Shown here: positions 55,737 to 64,000 of the stretch, piece by piece | Layout of the letters: every line of letters starts with the position of its first letter | Numbering within the stretch: the first letter of the stretch is position 1 | Assembly (NCBI GenBank): GCA_044869815.1 | Contig: JBIOXS010000156.1 | Location: 3,092-67,091 of the forward strand | Source: Candidatus Rokuibacteriota bacterium | GTDB lineage: Bacteria > Methylomirabilota > Methylomirabilia > Rokubacteriales > CSP1-6 | Reading direction: 5' to 3' | Length of the DNA: 64,000 nt | Made by a program: the position numbers and the translations under genes | The notes under the pieces: generated by a model | The model's database searches: none | Told to the model about the DNA's origin: nothing | What the model saw: only the letters and a program-made list of their open reading frames with translations

Positions 55737-57589
55737 CACTGCGGCTCCTGCAGGATCTCGGCGGCGCGCCGGCTGCCGAGCGCGCCCTTGAGGGCCGCGT
55801 CCATCATGACCTCGGCGAGGTGCTCGGTGGCGCGGTTCACGGCCGTGGTGGCCGCGTGGATCCGGTCCCGATCGTCGCTGCCGCGGGCGGCGCGCAGGGC
55901 CGCCACCGCCTCGTCGATCGACTCGCGCTCCGCCGGCGTCACGAGGTCGGCGCCCTGCCGCAACGCCCGACCGGCGTGGGTGAGCACCGTGTCCGCCTCG
56001 TTGCGCGCCTCGATGAGCATGCGGGTCTCGACGTCCGCCTCGGCGTAGGTGAACGAGTCCTCGATCATCCGCTCGATCTCGGCCTCGTTGAGCCCGTACG
56101 TCGGTTTGACCTCGATCGACGCCGCCTTGCCGCTGCGCTGCTCCCGGGCGTCGACGTGCAGGATTCCGTTGGCGTCGATCAGGAACGTCACCTCGATCTT
56201 CGGCATGCCGGCCGGCATCGGATCGATGCGCAGCTCGAAGCGCCCGAGCGAGCGGCAGTCCTTGACCAGCTCGCGCTCGCCCTGCACGACGTGGAGGTCG
56301 ACGACCGTCTGGCCGTCGACGGAGGTCGTGAACATCTCGCGCGCGCTGGTGGGCACGGTGATGTTGCGCGGGATCAGCACGTTCACGATGCCGCCCAGCG
56401 ACTCGATGCCGAGCGACAGCGGCGTGACGTCCAGCAGCAGCATGTCGGTGATGCCGCCGGCCAGGATGCGCGCCTGCACGGCGGCGCCGAGGGCCACGAC
56501 CTCGTCGGGATTCAGCTGGCTGTGCGGCGACCGGCCGAAGAGCTCCTGCACCCGGCGGCGCACCAGCGGGACCCGCGTCGAGCCGCCCACCAGGACGACC
56601 TGCTCGATGGCGGCCGCGCTCAGCCCGGCGTCCGCGAGGGCGCGCCGGCAGGGCCCGAGCGTCTTGGCCACCAGCGGCTCGATCAGCCGCTCGACCTCCG
56701 TTCGCGTGATGTCGCGGCGGTAGGTGAACCCCGGCAGGGGCAGCGTCAGCGTCGTGCGCTCGTCGGCCGACAGGCGAATCTTCGCGGCTTCCGCCGCCAG
56801 CCGCAGCTCCTGCATCAGCTCGGGATCGCGCGCGAGATCGACGCAGTCGCGCGCGAGCTCGGCGTGGTGTCGCGACTGGATGTCCTCGAGCAGCCACAGC
56901 AGGAGCACGCGATCGAAGTCGTCGCCGCCGAGATGCGTGTCGCCATTGGTGGCGAGCACCTCGAATACGCCGTCCTTCACCTTCAGAATCGACACGTCGA
57001 AAGTGCCGCCGCCGAGATCGTAGACGGCGATCACGCCCTCCTGCAGACGCTGCAGCCCGTACGCGAGCGAGGCGGCGGTCGGCTCGTTGACGATGCGGAC
57101 CACGTCGAGCCCGGCGATGCGGCCGGCGTCGCGCGTGGCCTGCCGCTGGGCGTCGTTGAAGTAGGCCGGGACCGTGATGACAGCCTTGTCCACCGGCTCG
57201 CCGAAATGCCGTTCGGCGCGGTCCTTGAGCGCCTTCAGCACGGCCGCCGAGACCTCCGGCGGCGTCACGTCGCGCCCGCCGACGCGGAGCTTCAGGGTCC
57301 CCTCGGCCGGCAGGACGCGGAACGGCAGGTACGCGAGCTCGCCCTTCACGTCCTCGTAGTCGCGGCCCATCAGGCGCTTGACCGAATAGACCGTGTCCGC
57401 CGGCCGGCGGGCGAGCTGGCGCCGCGCCGCCTCGCCGACGATCAAGCCGTCGGGCGTGAACCCCACGATCGAGGGCAGCAGCGCGCGGCCTTCGGCATCC
57501 GGGATGACGCGGGGCAGCCCCGACGTCTCATCGACGTACGCGACGAGACTGTTGGTGGTGCCGAGGTCAATGCCGATGATGCGCGACAC
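55736..57589 (-). CDS. hscA: Fe-S chaperone HscA (Hsp70)
   Basis: [47 protein letters not shown]; position within isc operon. Confidence 0.92.
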   Translation of the reverse strand: MSRIIGIDLGTTNSLVAYVDETSGLPRVIPDAEGRALLPSIVGFTPDGLIVGEAARRQLARRPADTVYSVKRLMGRDYEDVKGELAYLPFRVLPAEGTLKLRVGGRDVTPPEVSAAVLKALKDRAERHFGEPVDKAVITVPAYFNDAQRQATRDAGRIAGLDVVRIVNEPTAASLAYGLQRLQEGVIAVYDLGGGTFDVSILKVKDGVFEVLATNGDTHLGGDDFDRVLLLWLLEDIQSRHHAELARDCVDLARDPELMQELRLAAEAAKIRLSADERTTLTLPLPGFTYRRDITRTEVERLIEPLVAKTLGPCRRALADAGLSAAAIEQVVLVGGSTRVPLVRRRVQELFGRSPHSQLNPDEVVALGAAVQARILAGGITDMLLLDVTPLSLGIESLGGIVNVLIPRNITVPTSAREMFTTSVDGQTVVDLHVVQGERELVKDCRSLGRFELRIDPMPAGMPKIEVTFLIDANGILHVDAREQRSGKAASIEVKPTYGLNEAEIERMIEDSFTYAEADVETRMLIEARNEADTVLTHAGRALRQGADLVTPAERESIDEAVAALRAARGSDDRDRIHAATTAVNRATEHLAEVMMDAALKGALGSRRAAEILQEPQ

Positions 57590-58154
57590 CGGTTTCCTCC
57601 TCTCCGAGCGCTTCGGCCAGGTCCGTGATCACCGTCCGGAGGTAGGCACGCGTGGCCAGCGCCTCCTTCAGCGCCGACAGCGCCGCCGGCCGCTCCGGCT
57701 CGGATGCGCCGTCCCAGCGCTCGGCCAGCGGTCCCCGCAGAAGCGCCTCCTCGGCGGCATGGCGCTCGAGCAGGCGGTCGCGCTGCTCGACGAGCGTGGC
57801 GCGTGTGCCCTCGTCGAGCGGCCCGGCCTTGGCCTCGGCCAGCGCCTCCTGGATCTCGAACATCTCCGCCAGCAGGGCGGGCGGCGCCTGCGGCCGGCTC
57901 TCCGAGCCCTCCTTGGTCGAGCGACCCTCCTCGAGCCGCACCAGGTAGTCGGCGCGGGCGATCGGATCGCGCAGCGTCCGGTAGGCGGCGTTCACGAGGG
58001 CGGCTCGCGATTCGACCGCCGCCCGCTCCGCCGGCGGCGCGGCCTGGTGGAAGTCAGGGTGGGTCCGGCGCGCGAGCGCGTAGAATCGCCGCTGCAGCTC
58101 ATCGCCGTCGATGGCCAGCCGCCGCGGCAGCTCGAATACCTCGAAGTAGTTCAG
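57567..58154 (-). CDS. hscB: co-chaperone HscB (J-domain), CTG start
   Basis: Frame extends upstream of the ORF-finder start to (CTG)NYFEVFELP...THPDF...VNAAYRTLRDP..RA.YL; GGAGG 4 nt before CTG. Confidence 0.88.
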   Translation of the reverse strand: MNYFEVFELPRRLAIDGDELQRRFYALARRTHPDFHQAAPPAERAAVESRAALVNAAYRTLRDPIARADYLVRLEEGRSTKEGSESRPQAPPALLAEMFEIQEALAEAKAGPLDEGTRATLVEQRDRLLERHAAEEALLRGPLAERWDGASEPERPAALSALKEALATRAYLRTVITDLAEALGEEETGVAHHRH

Positions 58155-58170
58155 CGGTCCTCCAAAACCA

Positions 58171-58196
58171 GAACGGGCCCTCGCCCGGGCCCGTTC
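58171..58196 (-). terminator. 10-bp hairpin between iscA and hscB
   Basis: Minus strand GAACGGGCCC-GGGCGA-GGGCCCGTTC followed by TGGTTTT. Confidence 0.6.
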
Positions 58197-58220
58197 ACGT
58201 GGTGAGCATGGGACCCCGGC

Positions 58221-58550
58221 TTACGCCGAGAACGACGTCCCGCAGCCACAGCTGGACTTCGCCTGGGGGTTGACGAACGTGAAGCCGCCCGTCAATCCCT
58301 GGGTGACGTAGTCGAGGGTGGTGCCGTTGAGATAGAGGTAGCTCTTCTTGTCCACGACGACCTTGACGCCGTCGAGGTCGAACTCCTTGTCATGCGGCCC
58401 CTTCTCGCTGTCGAACTCCAGCACGTACGACATGCCGGAGCAGCCGCCACCCTTGACGCCCATGCGCAGGAAGACGGTGTCCGGCAGGTTCTGTGCCTGC
58501 TTGAGCTGCTTGACCTGCTTGGCCGCCGCCTCCGAGAGAGTGAGTGCCAT
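58221..58550 (-). CDS. iscA: A-type Fe-S carrier IscA
   Basis: LRMGVKGGGCSGMSY, VDKKS..YL.G, NPQAKSSCGCG.SF. Confidence 0.94.
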   Translation of the reverse strand: MALTLSEAAAKQVKQLKQAQNLPDTVFLRMGVKGGGCSGMSYVLEFDSEKGPHDKEFDLDGVKVVVDKKSYLYLNGTTLDYVTQGLTGGFTFVNPQAKSSCGCGTSFSA

Positions 58551-58566
58551 CCCCTGATTCCTCCCG

Positions 58567-58977
58567 CTATTTCGATGCTGCCGCGACCATCGTGGTCGCG
58601 GTCTTCTCTTTGTAGTCCGCGAGCGCCGCCTTGATGGCGTCCTCCGCCAGCACCGAGCAGTGGATCTTCACGGGCGGCAGCTTGAGCTCGTTGACGATGT
58701 CGGTGTTCTTGATCTTGGCCGCCTCGTCGACCGTCTTGCCCTTGAGCCATTCGGTGGCGAGGCTCGAGGAGGCGATGGCGCTGCCGCAGCCGAAGGTCTT
58801 GAACTTCGCATCCTCGATGACACCGGTCTCGAGATTGACCTTGATCTGCAGCTTCATGACGTCACCACACTCCGGCGCGCCCACGAGGCCGGTCCCCACG
58901 CCCGGCGTGTCCTTGCCGAACGAGCCGACGTTGCGCGGGTTGTTGTAGTGGTCGACGACCTTGTCGCTGTATGCCAT
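58567..58977 (-). CDS. iscU: Fe-S scaffold IscU
   Basis: APECGDVMKL, KTFGCGSAIASS, LPPVKIHCSVLAEDA. Confidence 0.97.
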   Translation of the reverse strand: MAYSDKVVDHYNNPRNVGSFGKDTPGVGTGLVGAPECGDVMKLQIKVNLETGVIEDAKFKTFGCGSAIASSSLATEWLKGKTVDEAAKIKNTDIVNELKLPPVKIHCSVLAEDAIKAALADYKEKTATTMVAAASK

Positions 58978-58990
58978 TGCGATCTCCCCC

Positions 58991-60217
58991 TTACCCGGCC
59001 TTCCACTTGATGGACTTCAGATCCACGCCCTCTTTCGCCAGCTCGTAGAGCGGCGACATGTCACGCAGCCGCTTGATCACTTCCACCGTCCGCTGCCCGA
59101 CGTACTCGACCTCTTCGGGCGTGGTGAAGCGATGGAGGCTGAACCGGATTGACGAGTGCGCCAGCTCGGCGGAGGCGCCCAGGGCGGCGATCACGTAGGA
59201 GGGCTCGAGCGTCGCCGACGTGCAGGCCGAGCCGGACGACAGCGCGGTCTCCTTGTTGAGCCCCATCAGCACCGACTCTCCCTCCACGTACGCGAAGGAG
59301 ATGTTCAGGTTCTGCGGCAGCCGTCGATCCGCGCGCCCGTTCAGGAACGCCTCGTCGACACCGGACAGGATGACGTCCTGGAGCCGGTCGCGAAGCTTCG
59401 CCAATCGCTCCGCTTCCGCACCCATTTCGGCGCGGGCGATCTCAGCCGCCCTGCCGAAGCCGACGATCAGCGGCACCGGGAGCGTGCCCGAGCGCATGCC
59501 GCGCTCGTGACCGCCGCCGTCCATCATCGGCGCCAGCCGCACACGCGGCCCCTTGCGCCGCACGTAGAGGGCGCCCACGCCCTTGGGACCGTAGATGAGG
59601 TGCCCCGTGCAGGACAGCAGATCGATCCCCATGGCCTCGACGTCGACCGGGATCTTGCCGACCGCCTGCGTCGCATCGGTGTGGAACAGGATTCCCTTCT
59701 CCTTGGCCAGCTTGCCGATGGCGGCAATGTCCTGGATCGTGCCGATCTCGTTGTTGGCGAACATCACCGAGATCAGGATCGTCTTGTCCGTGACGGCATT
59801 GCGAATCGCCTCGACGTCGATCAGGCCGTCGGGCTGCACGGGCACATACGAGACGCTGAACCCCTGACGCTCGAGCCGCTTGCAGACGTCGAGCCCGGCC
59901 CGCTGCTCGATCACGGTGGTGACGATGTGGTTGCCCTTCTCGCGGTACATCTCGGCCACGCCCTTCAGCGCGAGATTGATCGACTCGGTGCCGCCCGACG
60001 TGAACACGAGCTCCTTCGGATCGCGCGCGCCGATCAGCGTGGCCAGACGCTGTCGCGCGAGGTCGACGGCGGCCTCCGCCTCCCACCCGAACGGATGGTT
60101 GCGGCTGGCCGGGTGGCCGAACTTCTCGGTGAAGTACGGCAGCATCGCCTCCACGACCCGTGGATCGGCGGGTGTCGTCGACTGCGCATCCATGAAGATC
60201 GGAAACTTCAGCGCCAT
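58991..60217 (-). CDS. iscS: cysteine desulfurase IscS
   Basis: HPASRNH.FGW, GPKGVGAL, RSGTL, SSGSACTSA.LEPSYV, LRDMSPL. Confidence 0.95.
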   Translation of the reverse strand: MALKFPIFMDAQSTTPADPRVVEAMLPYFTEKFGHPASRNHPFGWEAEAAVDLARQRLATLIGARDPKELVFTSGGTESINLALKGVAEMYREKGNHIVTTVIEQRAGLDVCKRLERQGFSVSYVPVQPDGLIDVEAIRNAVTDKTILISVMFANNEIGTIQDIAAIGKLAKEKGILFHTDATQAVGKIPVDVEAMGIDLLSCTGHLIYGPKGVGALYVRRKGPRVRLAPMMDGGGHERGMRSGTLPVPLIVGFGRAAEIARAEMGAEAERLAKLRDRLQDVILSGVDEAFLNGRADRRLPQNLNISFAYVEGESVLMGLNKETALSSGSACTSATLEPSYVIAALGASAELAHSSIRFSLHRFTTPEEVEYVGQRTVEVIKRLRDMSPLYELAKEGVDLKSIKWKAG

Positions 60218-60224
60218 ATCCTCT

Positions 60225-60656
60225 TCACCCCTTGATCGACAGCAGCTCGGGAACGTCGTCGCTCGTCAGCTCGGCAAGGCTCATCGTGTCGAGCACCTGG
60301 CTGATCGCGGCCTGGAGCTTGTGCACCGGGCGGCGCAGGTTACAGCGCTCGATCTGCGCGCAGTCACCGCTGTCGAGGCAGCTCACGATGTTGATCGGCC
60401 CCTCCAGCGCGCGAATCACCTCGCCCACGGTGATCTCCACGGGCCGCCGCGACAGCGTGTAGCCACCCTTCGGACCGTTCTGGCTCTCGATCAACCCCTG
60501 CTTGGCCAACCGCTGGAGGATCTTGGCCATCAATTCGGGCGGGATGGAGAACTCCTCGGCGATCCGCTTGGCGCTGACCGACCCGACGGCGTCGTGAACG
60601 GCGATATAATGGATCGCCATCAACCCGTAATCGGCGCGCTTGGTGAATCGAAGCAT
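60225..60656 (-). CDS. iscR: Rrf2-family regulator IscR
   Basis: KILQRL.K.GLI.S..GP.GGY, three Cys (SC-x5-C-x5-C); first gene of the isc operon. Confidence 0.85.
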   Translation of the reverse strand: MLRFTKRADYGLMAIHYIAVHDAVGSVSAKRIAEEFSIPPELMAKILQRLAKQGLIESQNGPKGGYTLSRRPVEITVGEVIRALEGPINIVSCLDSGDCAQIERCNLRRPVHKLQAAISQVLDTMSLAELTSDDVPELLSIKG

Positions 60657-60691
60657 GCTCTTATCGTCCTCGCCCTTCGCCCACTCAGTCT

Positions 60692-60732
60692 ATACCCGAT
60701 GCTTTTGATCGGCGACTATTTCGGTCGGATTC
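60692..60732. promoter_or_regulatory. tandem candidate IscR type-1 operators
   Basis: ATACCCGATGCTTTTGATCGG and CGACTATTTCGGTCGGATT resemble ATASYYGACTRwwwYAGTCRRSTAT. Confidence 0.55.
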
Positions 60733-60772
60733 TGCCAGCCACCCGCGCTCCTGTCAACGGAAAGGTGCCCTG

Positions 60773-62035
60773 ATGAACGAGAAATCGGAGTTCGAGTCGG
60801 AGCTGCACCGGACGGCGGTAGCCCAGCTCGACGGGGTGGCGTCACGACTGGGCCTGGACGACGACATCCACCAGCGGCTTCGTCTTCCGCGGCGCGCGCT
60901 CGTCGTGTCGATCCCGGTTTTGATGGATTCAGGAAAGACTGAAGTTTTCACAGGTTACCGAGTGCACCATTCGACAGTACTTGGACCGACCAAGGGCGGG
61001 ATCCGATATGCGCCGGACGTCGACCTCGGCGAGGTCAGTGCCCTCGCCATGCTGATGTCCTGGAAGTGCGCGCTGATGGGGCTGCCGTATGGCGGAGCCA
61101 AGGGCGGCGTCCGGTGTACCCCGCGCGCGATGTCCATGCGCGAGAAGGAAGGGCTGACCCGTCGCTACACGGCGGAGATCATCCTGCTCATCGGTCCCGA
61201 CCTGGACATCCCCGCCCCCGACCTCGGCACCGACGAGCAGACGATGGCGTGGATGATGGACACGTACTCGATGACGCAGGGCAAGAGCGTTCCCGGCGTC
61301 GTGACCGGAAAGCCGCTGATCGTCGGCGGCTCGGCGGGCCGCCGTGAAGCCACCGGGCGCGGCATCGTCTACGCCATCTACCAGGCCGCGCGCCATCTGG
61401 GATACGAGATCCGGGGGCGAAAGGTCGTCGTGCAGGGCTTTGGCAACGTCGGCTCGGTCGCGGCCCGGCTGCTCTGGCGCGAAGGCTGCGTGATCGTGGC
61501 GGTGAGCGATATCAAAGGCGGCATTCACAATCCCGCCGGGCTCGACATCCGGCAGCTCGAGAGTCACATCGCGGAGACAGGCTCCGTGGTGGGCTTCCCC
61601 GGCACCGAGCCCGTATCCAACGATGAGCTGGTGACCCTGCCCTGCGACATCCTCGTTCCGGCGGCTGTCGGCGGCCAGATCAATCCCGGCAACGCCGACA
61701 AGATCAAGGCCAGCCTCATCGCCGAGGGCGCCAACGGGCCGACCACCCCCGAGGCCGACGTGATCCTGCGTGACCGCGGGGTCACCGTCGTCCCCGACAT
61801 CCTCGCCAATGCCGGCGGCGTGGTCGTGTCCTACTTCGAGTGGGTGCAGGGCCTCCAGTACTACTTCTGGCGCGAGAGCGAGATCACGGCGCGACTCCAG
61901 GAAATCATGACGCGCGCCTTCAACCGTGTCTGGGCGCTGGGGGCCAAGGAGGGCACCGATCTGCGCACCGCCGCGCTGATGGAAGGTGTCAAGCGCGTCG
62001 CCGAGGGCTACAAGGTCCGAGGCCTGTACCCCTGA
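60773..62035 (+). CDS. gdhA: Glu/Leu/Phe/Val dehydrogenase (glutamate dehydrogenase)
   Basis: GPTKGGIRY, GGAKGG, DIPAPD, VTGKP, QGFGNVG, AEGANGP, ILANAGGV.VSYFEW. Confidence 0.93.
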   Translation: MNEKSEFESELHRTAVAQLDGVASRLGLDDDIHQRLRLPRRALVVSIPVLMDSGKTEVFTGYRVHHSTVLGPTKGGIRYAPDVDLGEVSALAMLMSWKCALMGLPYGGAKGGVRCTPRAMSMREKEGLTRRYTAEIILLIGPDLDIPAPDLGTDEQTMAWMMDTYSMTQGKSVPGVVTGKPLIVGGSAGRREATGRGIVYAIYQAARHLGYEIRGRKVVVQGFGNVGSVAARLLWREGCVIVAVSDIKGGIHNPAGLDIRQLESHIAETGSVVGFPGTEPVSNDELVTLPCDILVPAAVGGQINPGNADKIKASLIAEGANGPTTPEADVILRDRGVTVVPDILANAGGVVVSYFEWVQGLQYYFWRESEITARLQEIMTRAFNRVWALGAKEGTDLRTAALMEGVKRVAEGYKVRGLYP

Positions 62036-62047
62036 GGGCGGAGGTCG

Positions 62048-63037
62048 CTACGGCGTCTCCAGCGCGCGGCGCAGGTCCGCGGCGGTCGACTCGGGGGGCG
62101 TCTCGTTGACGTAGATCCCGCCGACGCGGTTCGTGCGCTCCGGCTCAGCCAGGATCTCCAGATGCCAGTGGTAGTCGTCGCGGATCGTCGCCCAGTCGCC
62201 CTGAAGAATGCGCGAGCGCAGATTCGGCGCGGTGTGCACGACCATCTCGTACCCCGGATCGTTGAAGCGCCGGCCCAGCGCCCGGAAGTAGTCGGCCAGC
62301 ACGGTCGCGAGATCGCGGGCGCCCCCCGCGGTGAGCGCATCCTCGTACGAGCAGGCATGCTGTCGCGGCAGCACCCAGGTCTCGAGTGGCCCTCGCGCTG
62401 CGTACGGCACCAGGGCCACGAAGCCCGGCGTCACCCGGACCAGCCGCTCTTCGGCCGCGATCTCCTGGCGCAGCATGTCGCAGTAGAGGCACCGGCGCTT
62501 GTACTGGTAGTACTCGCGCGCCTCTCTGAGCTCCCGTCGTGTCTCGTCGAACACGATCGGGATCGCCGTGACCCGCGAATACGGATGGTGATGGGCGACG
62601 CCGGGTTTCTTGTGGTGCCGCGCGATGAGGATGTCGCGGATCTGGCCGTCCCGCTTCAGGTCGACGAGGCGATCGCGGTACATCCACAGAACGGACTGGA
62701 TCTGCTCGGGGTCCATGCTGGCCAGCGTGTCGTCGTGGTTCGGCGACTCGAGGATGAGCTCGCTGGCGCCACGAGGAGTGATCATGTCGAACATGCCGAC
62801 GCCCTCGCGCACCAGCTCGTGCTCGATGCGAAAGTACGCGTCGGGTTCAGGCACGACCCGGACGGTCCATCCCGGCTCGTTGGGGAGGGAGCCGTCCTTG
62901 CGGTAGGCGGCGATCTCGCGGCCGCCGAGGTGCTCAGCACCCGGACAGTATCGGCAGCCCGATTCGGCGGTGGCCGGCCCCTTCGGCCGGATGAGCGACC
63001 ACTGGCCTCGTGTGGGGTCCTTCCGAAGCTCGTCCAC
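62048..63037 (-). CDS. GalT-like (HIT superfamily) nucleotidyltransferase homologue with altered active site
   Basis: ELRKDP..GQW, CRYCPG, RCLYCD, DYHWHLEI; HPHxQ replaced by HPYSR. Confidence 0.75.
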   Translation of the reverse strand: MDELRKDPTRGQWSLIRPKGPATAESGCRYCPGAEHLGGREIAAYRKDGSLPNEPGWTVRVVPEPDAYFRIEHELVREGVGMFDMITPRGASELILESPNHDDTLASMDPEQIQSVLWMYRDRLVDLKRDGQIRDILIARHHKKPGVAHHHPYSRVTAIPIVFDETRRELREAREYYQYKRRCLYCDMLRQEIAAEERLVRVTPGFVALVPYAARGPLETWVLPRQHACSYEDALTAGGARDLATVLADYFRALGRRFNDPGYEMVVHTAPNLRSRILQGDWATIRDDYHWHLEILAEPERTNRVGGIYVNETPPESTAADLRRALETP

Positions 63038-63038
63038 C

Positions 63039-64000
63039 CTACTCCTTGACCTGGTTTTTCAGCTTGCGCAGGTGCTGCCGGGCCACGTCGACCCAGTCCT
63101 TCTCGTTTGGCAGCTGCGAGGCCAGGGCGATGTAGCGCTCCCACTGGGCGATCGCTTCCTTCGGATCCGTCTTCTCGTAGACCATCGCCAGGTTGTACAT
63201 CGCCCCCGTGTGCTTGCCGTCGAGGTCGATGACCTTGCGATACTCCTCGACCGCCTCCTTGTAGAGGCCCTTGTCCTCGTAGACCTCGCCGAGACCCATG
63301 CGCGCCTCGACGGACTGGCCATCGAGATCGATGGCGCGCTTGTAGGCCTGGACGGACTCGTAGTAGAGCCCCTTCTCGGAGTAATAGATCTTGCCGAGGC
63401 TCATGTGCACTCGCGGATTGACGGTGTTGTACGTGAGGGCCTTCTGATAGGCCGCGATGGCCGCGTCGATGTCGCCCTTCGCGGCGCGGGCATCGCCGAG
63501 CCCCACGTGCGCATCCGCGTAGAACGGCCGCAGGTCGATGGCCTTCTGGTATGCCTCCACCGCCTGGTCGAAGAGCCGCCGCGGCGCTGCGAGGAACAGA
63601 TCCCCGAGCGCCTTGTAGGGCTCGGGGTACATGGGATCGAGCTGCGTGGAAGCGCGGAACTGCGCGGCCGCCTTCCACCGATTGCCGAGCGCCTGGTGCA
63701 CCGCCCCCAGCGTGTACTGCGCAACCACGAAGTTCGCGTCCGCCTCGATGGCGCGCGAGAGCAGATCCACGGCCGTCTCGTTGGCTTCCTGGCCGCCGCG
63801 GGCCGCCGCCACCTGCGCCCGCGAGAAGAGCTCGAAGGCCTTGAAGGACTTCGTCGGCGCGCCCGCCCTCTCGATTCGGCGGACCTCCGGCTCGGAGATC
63901 GGGACCTTGAGCGCGCGGGCGTAGGCGACGGGCAGAAACGCCAGGCGCGCGAGAACGTCTCCCTCGGCGGCCGTGATCGATTCGAGCGGGACGGCGTCAG
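63039..64000 (-). CDS. tetratricopeptide repeat protein (3' part; frame stays open to window edge)
   Basis: Multiple TPR units (YTLGAVHQALG, YKALGDLF, HVGLGDAR, HMSLGKIY, RMGLGEVY, YNLAMVYE); no stop upstream of 63812 within the window. Confidence 0.85.
   Translation of the reverse strand, partial: DAVPLESITAAEGDVLARLAFLPVAYARALKVPISEPEVRRIERAGAPTKSFKAFELFSRAQVAAARGGQEANETAVDLLSRAIEADANFVVAQYTLGAVHQALGNRWKAAAQFRASTQLDPMYPEPYKALGDLFLAAPRRLFDQAVEAYQKAIDLRPFYADAHVGLGDARAAKGDIDAAIAAYQKALTYNTVNPRVHMSLGKIYYSEKGLYYESVQAYKRAIDLDGQSVEARMGLGEVYEDKGLYKEAVEEYRKVIDLDGKHTGAMYNLAMVYEKTDPKEAIAQWERYIALASQLPNEKDWVDVARQHLRKLKNQVKE

Overview
High-GC bacterial chromosome segment, mostly housekeeping genes on the minus strand. 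Gene order and composition suggest Candidatus Rokubacteria/Methylomirabilota; this is inference, not verified. In order of position: a partial type II NADH dehydrogenase; the pur operon (transcribed purB-C-S-Q-L-F-M); an amidohydrolase; the translation/isoprenoid superoperon (rplM-rpsI-argC-argJ, rpsB-tsf-pyrH-frr-uppS-cdsA-dxr-rseP-ispG-ferredoxin-proS, rimP-nusA-ylxR-infB-DUF503-rbfA-nrnA-truB-ribF, rpsO-pnp-M16 peptidase); cinA-malic enzyme-aminotransferase-HIT-membrane glycosyltransferase-nth; an RpoD-like sigma factor; an accessory 7-gene operon; a minimal IscS/IscU-like-cysE module with DNA polymerase IV; DsrEFH/TusDCB-like genes; a complete isc operon; gdh; a degenerate GalT-like gene; and a partial TPR gene. 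Main findings: (1) a 371-aa LAGLIDADG intein inserted immediately before the third [4Fe-4S] cysteine ligand of IspG; (2) a CMD/AhpD-like gene split by an in-frame TGA at the redox-Cys position with a SECIS-like hairpin (probable selenoprotein), ending an uncharacterised operon of two ferritin-like proteins, biotin carboxylase, biotin carrier and two DinB-family proteins; (3) perfect 22-bp inverted repeats bracketing a 4.2-kb segment; (4) apparent non-canonical starts (CTG for hscB, no canonical start for the aminotransferase N-terminus). No rRNA, tRNA, CRISPR array or transposase was recognised.
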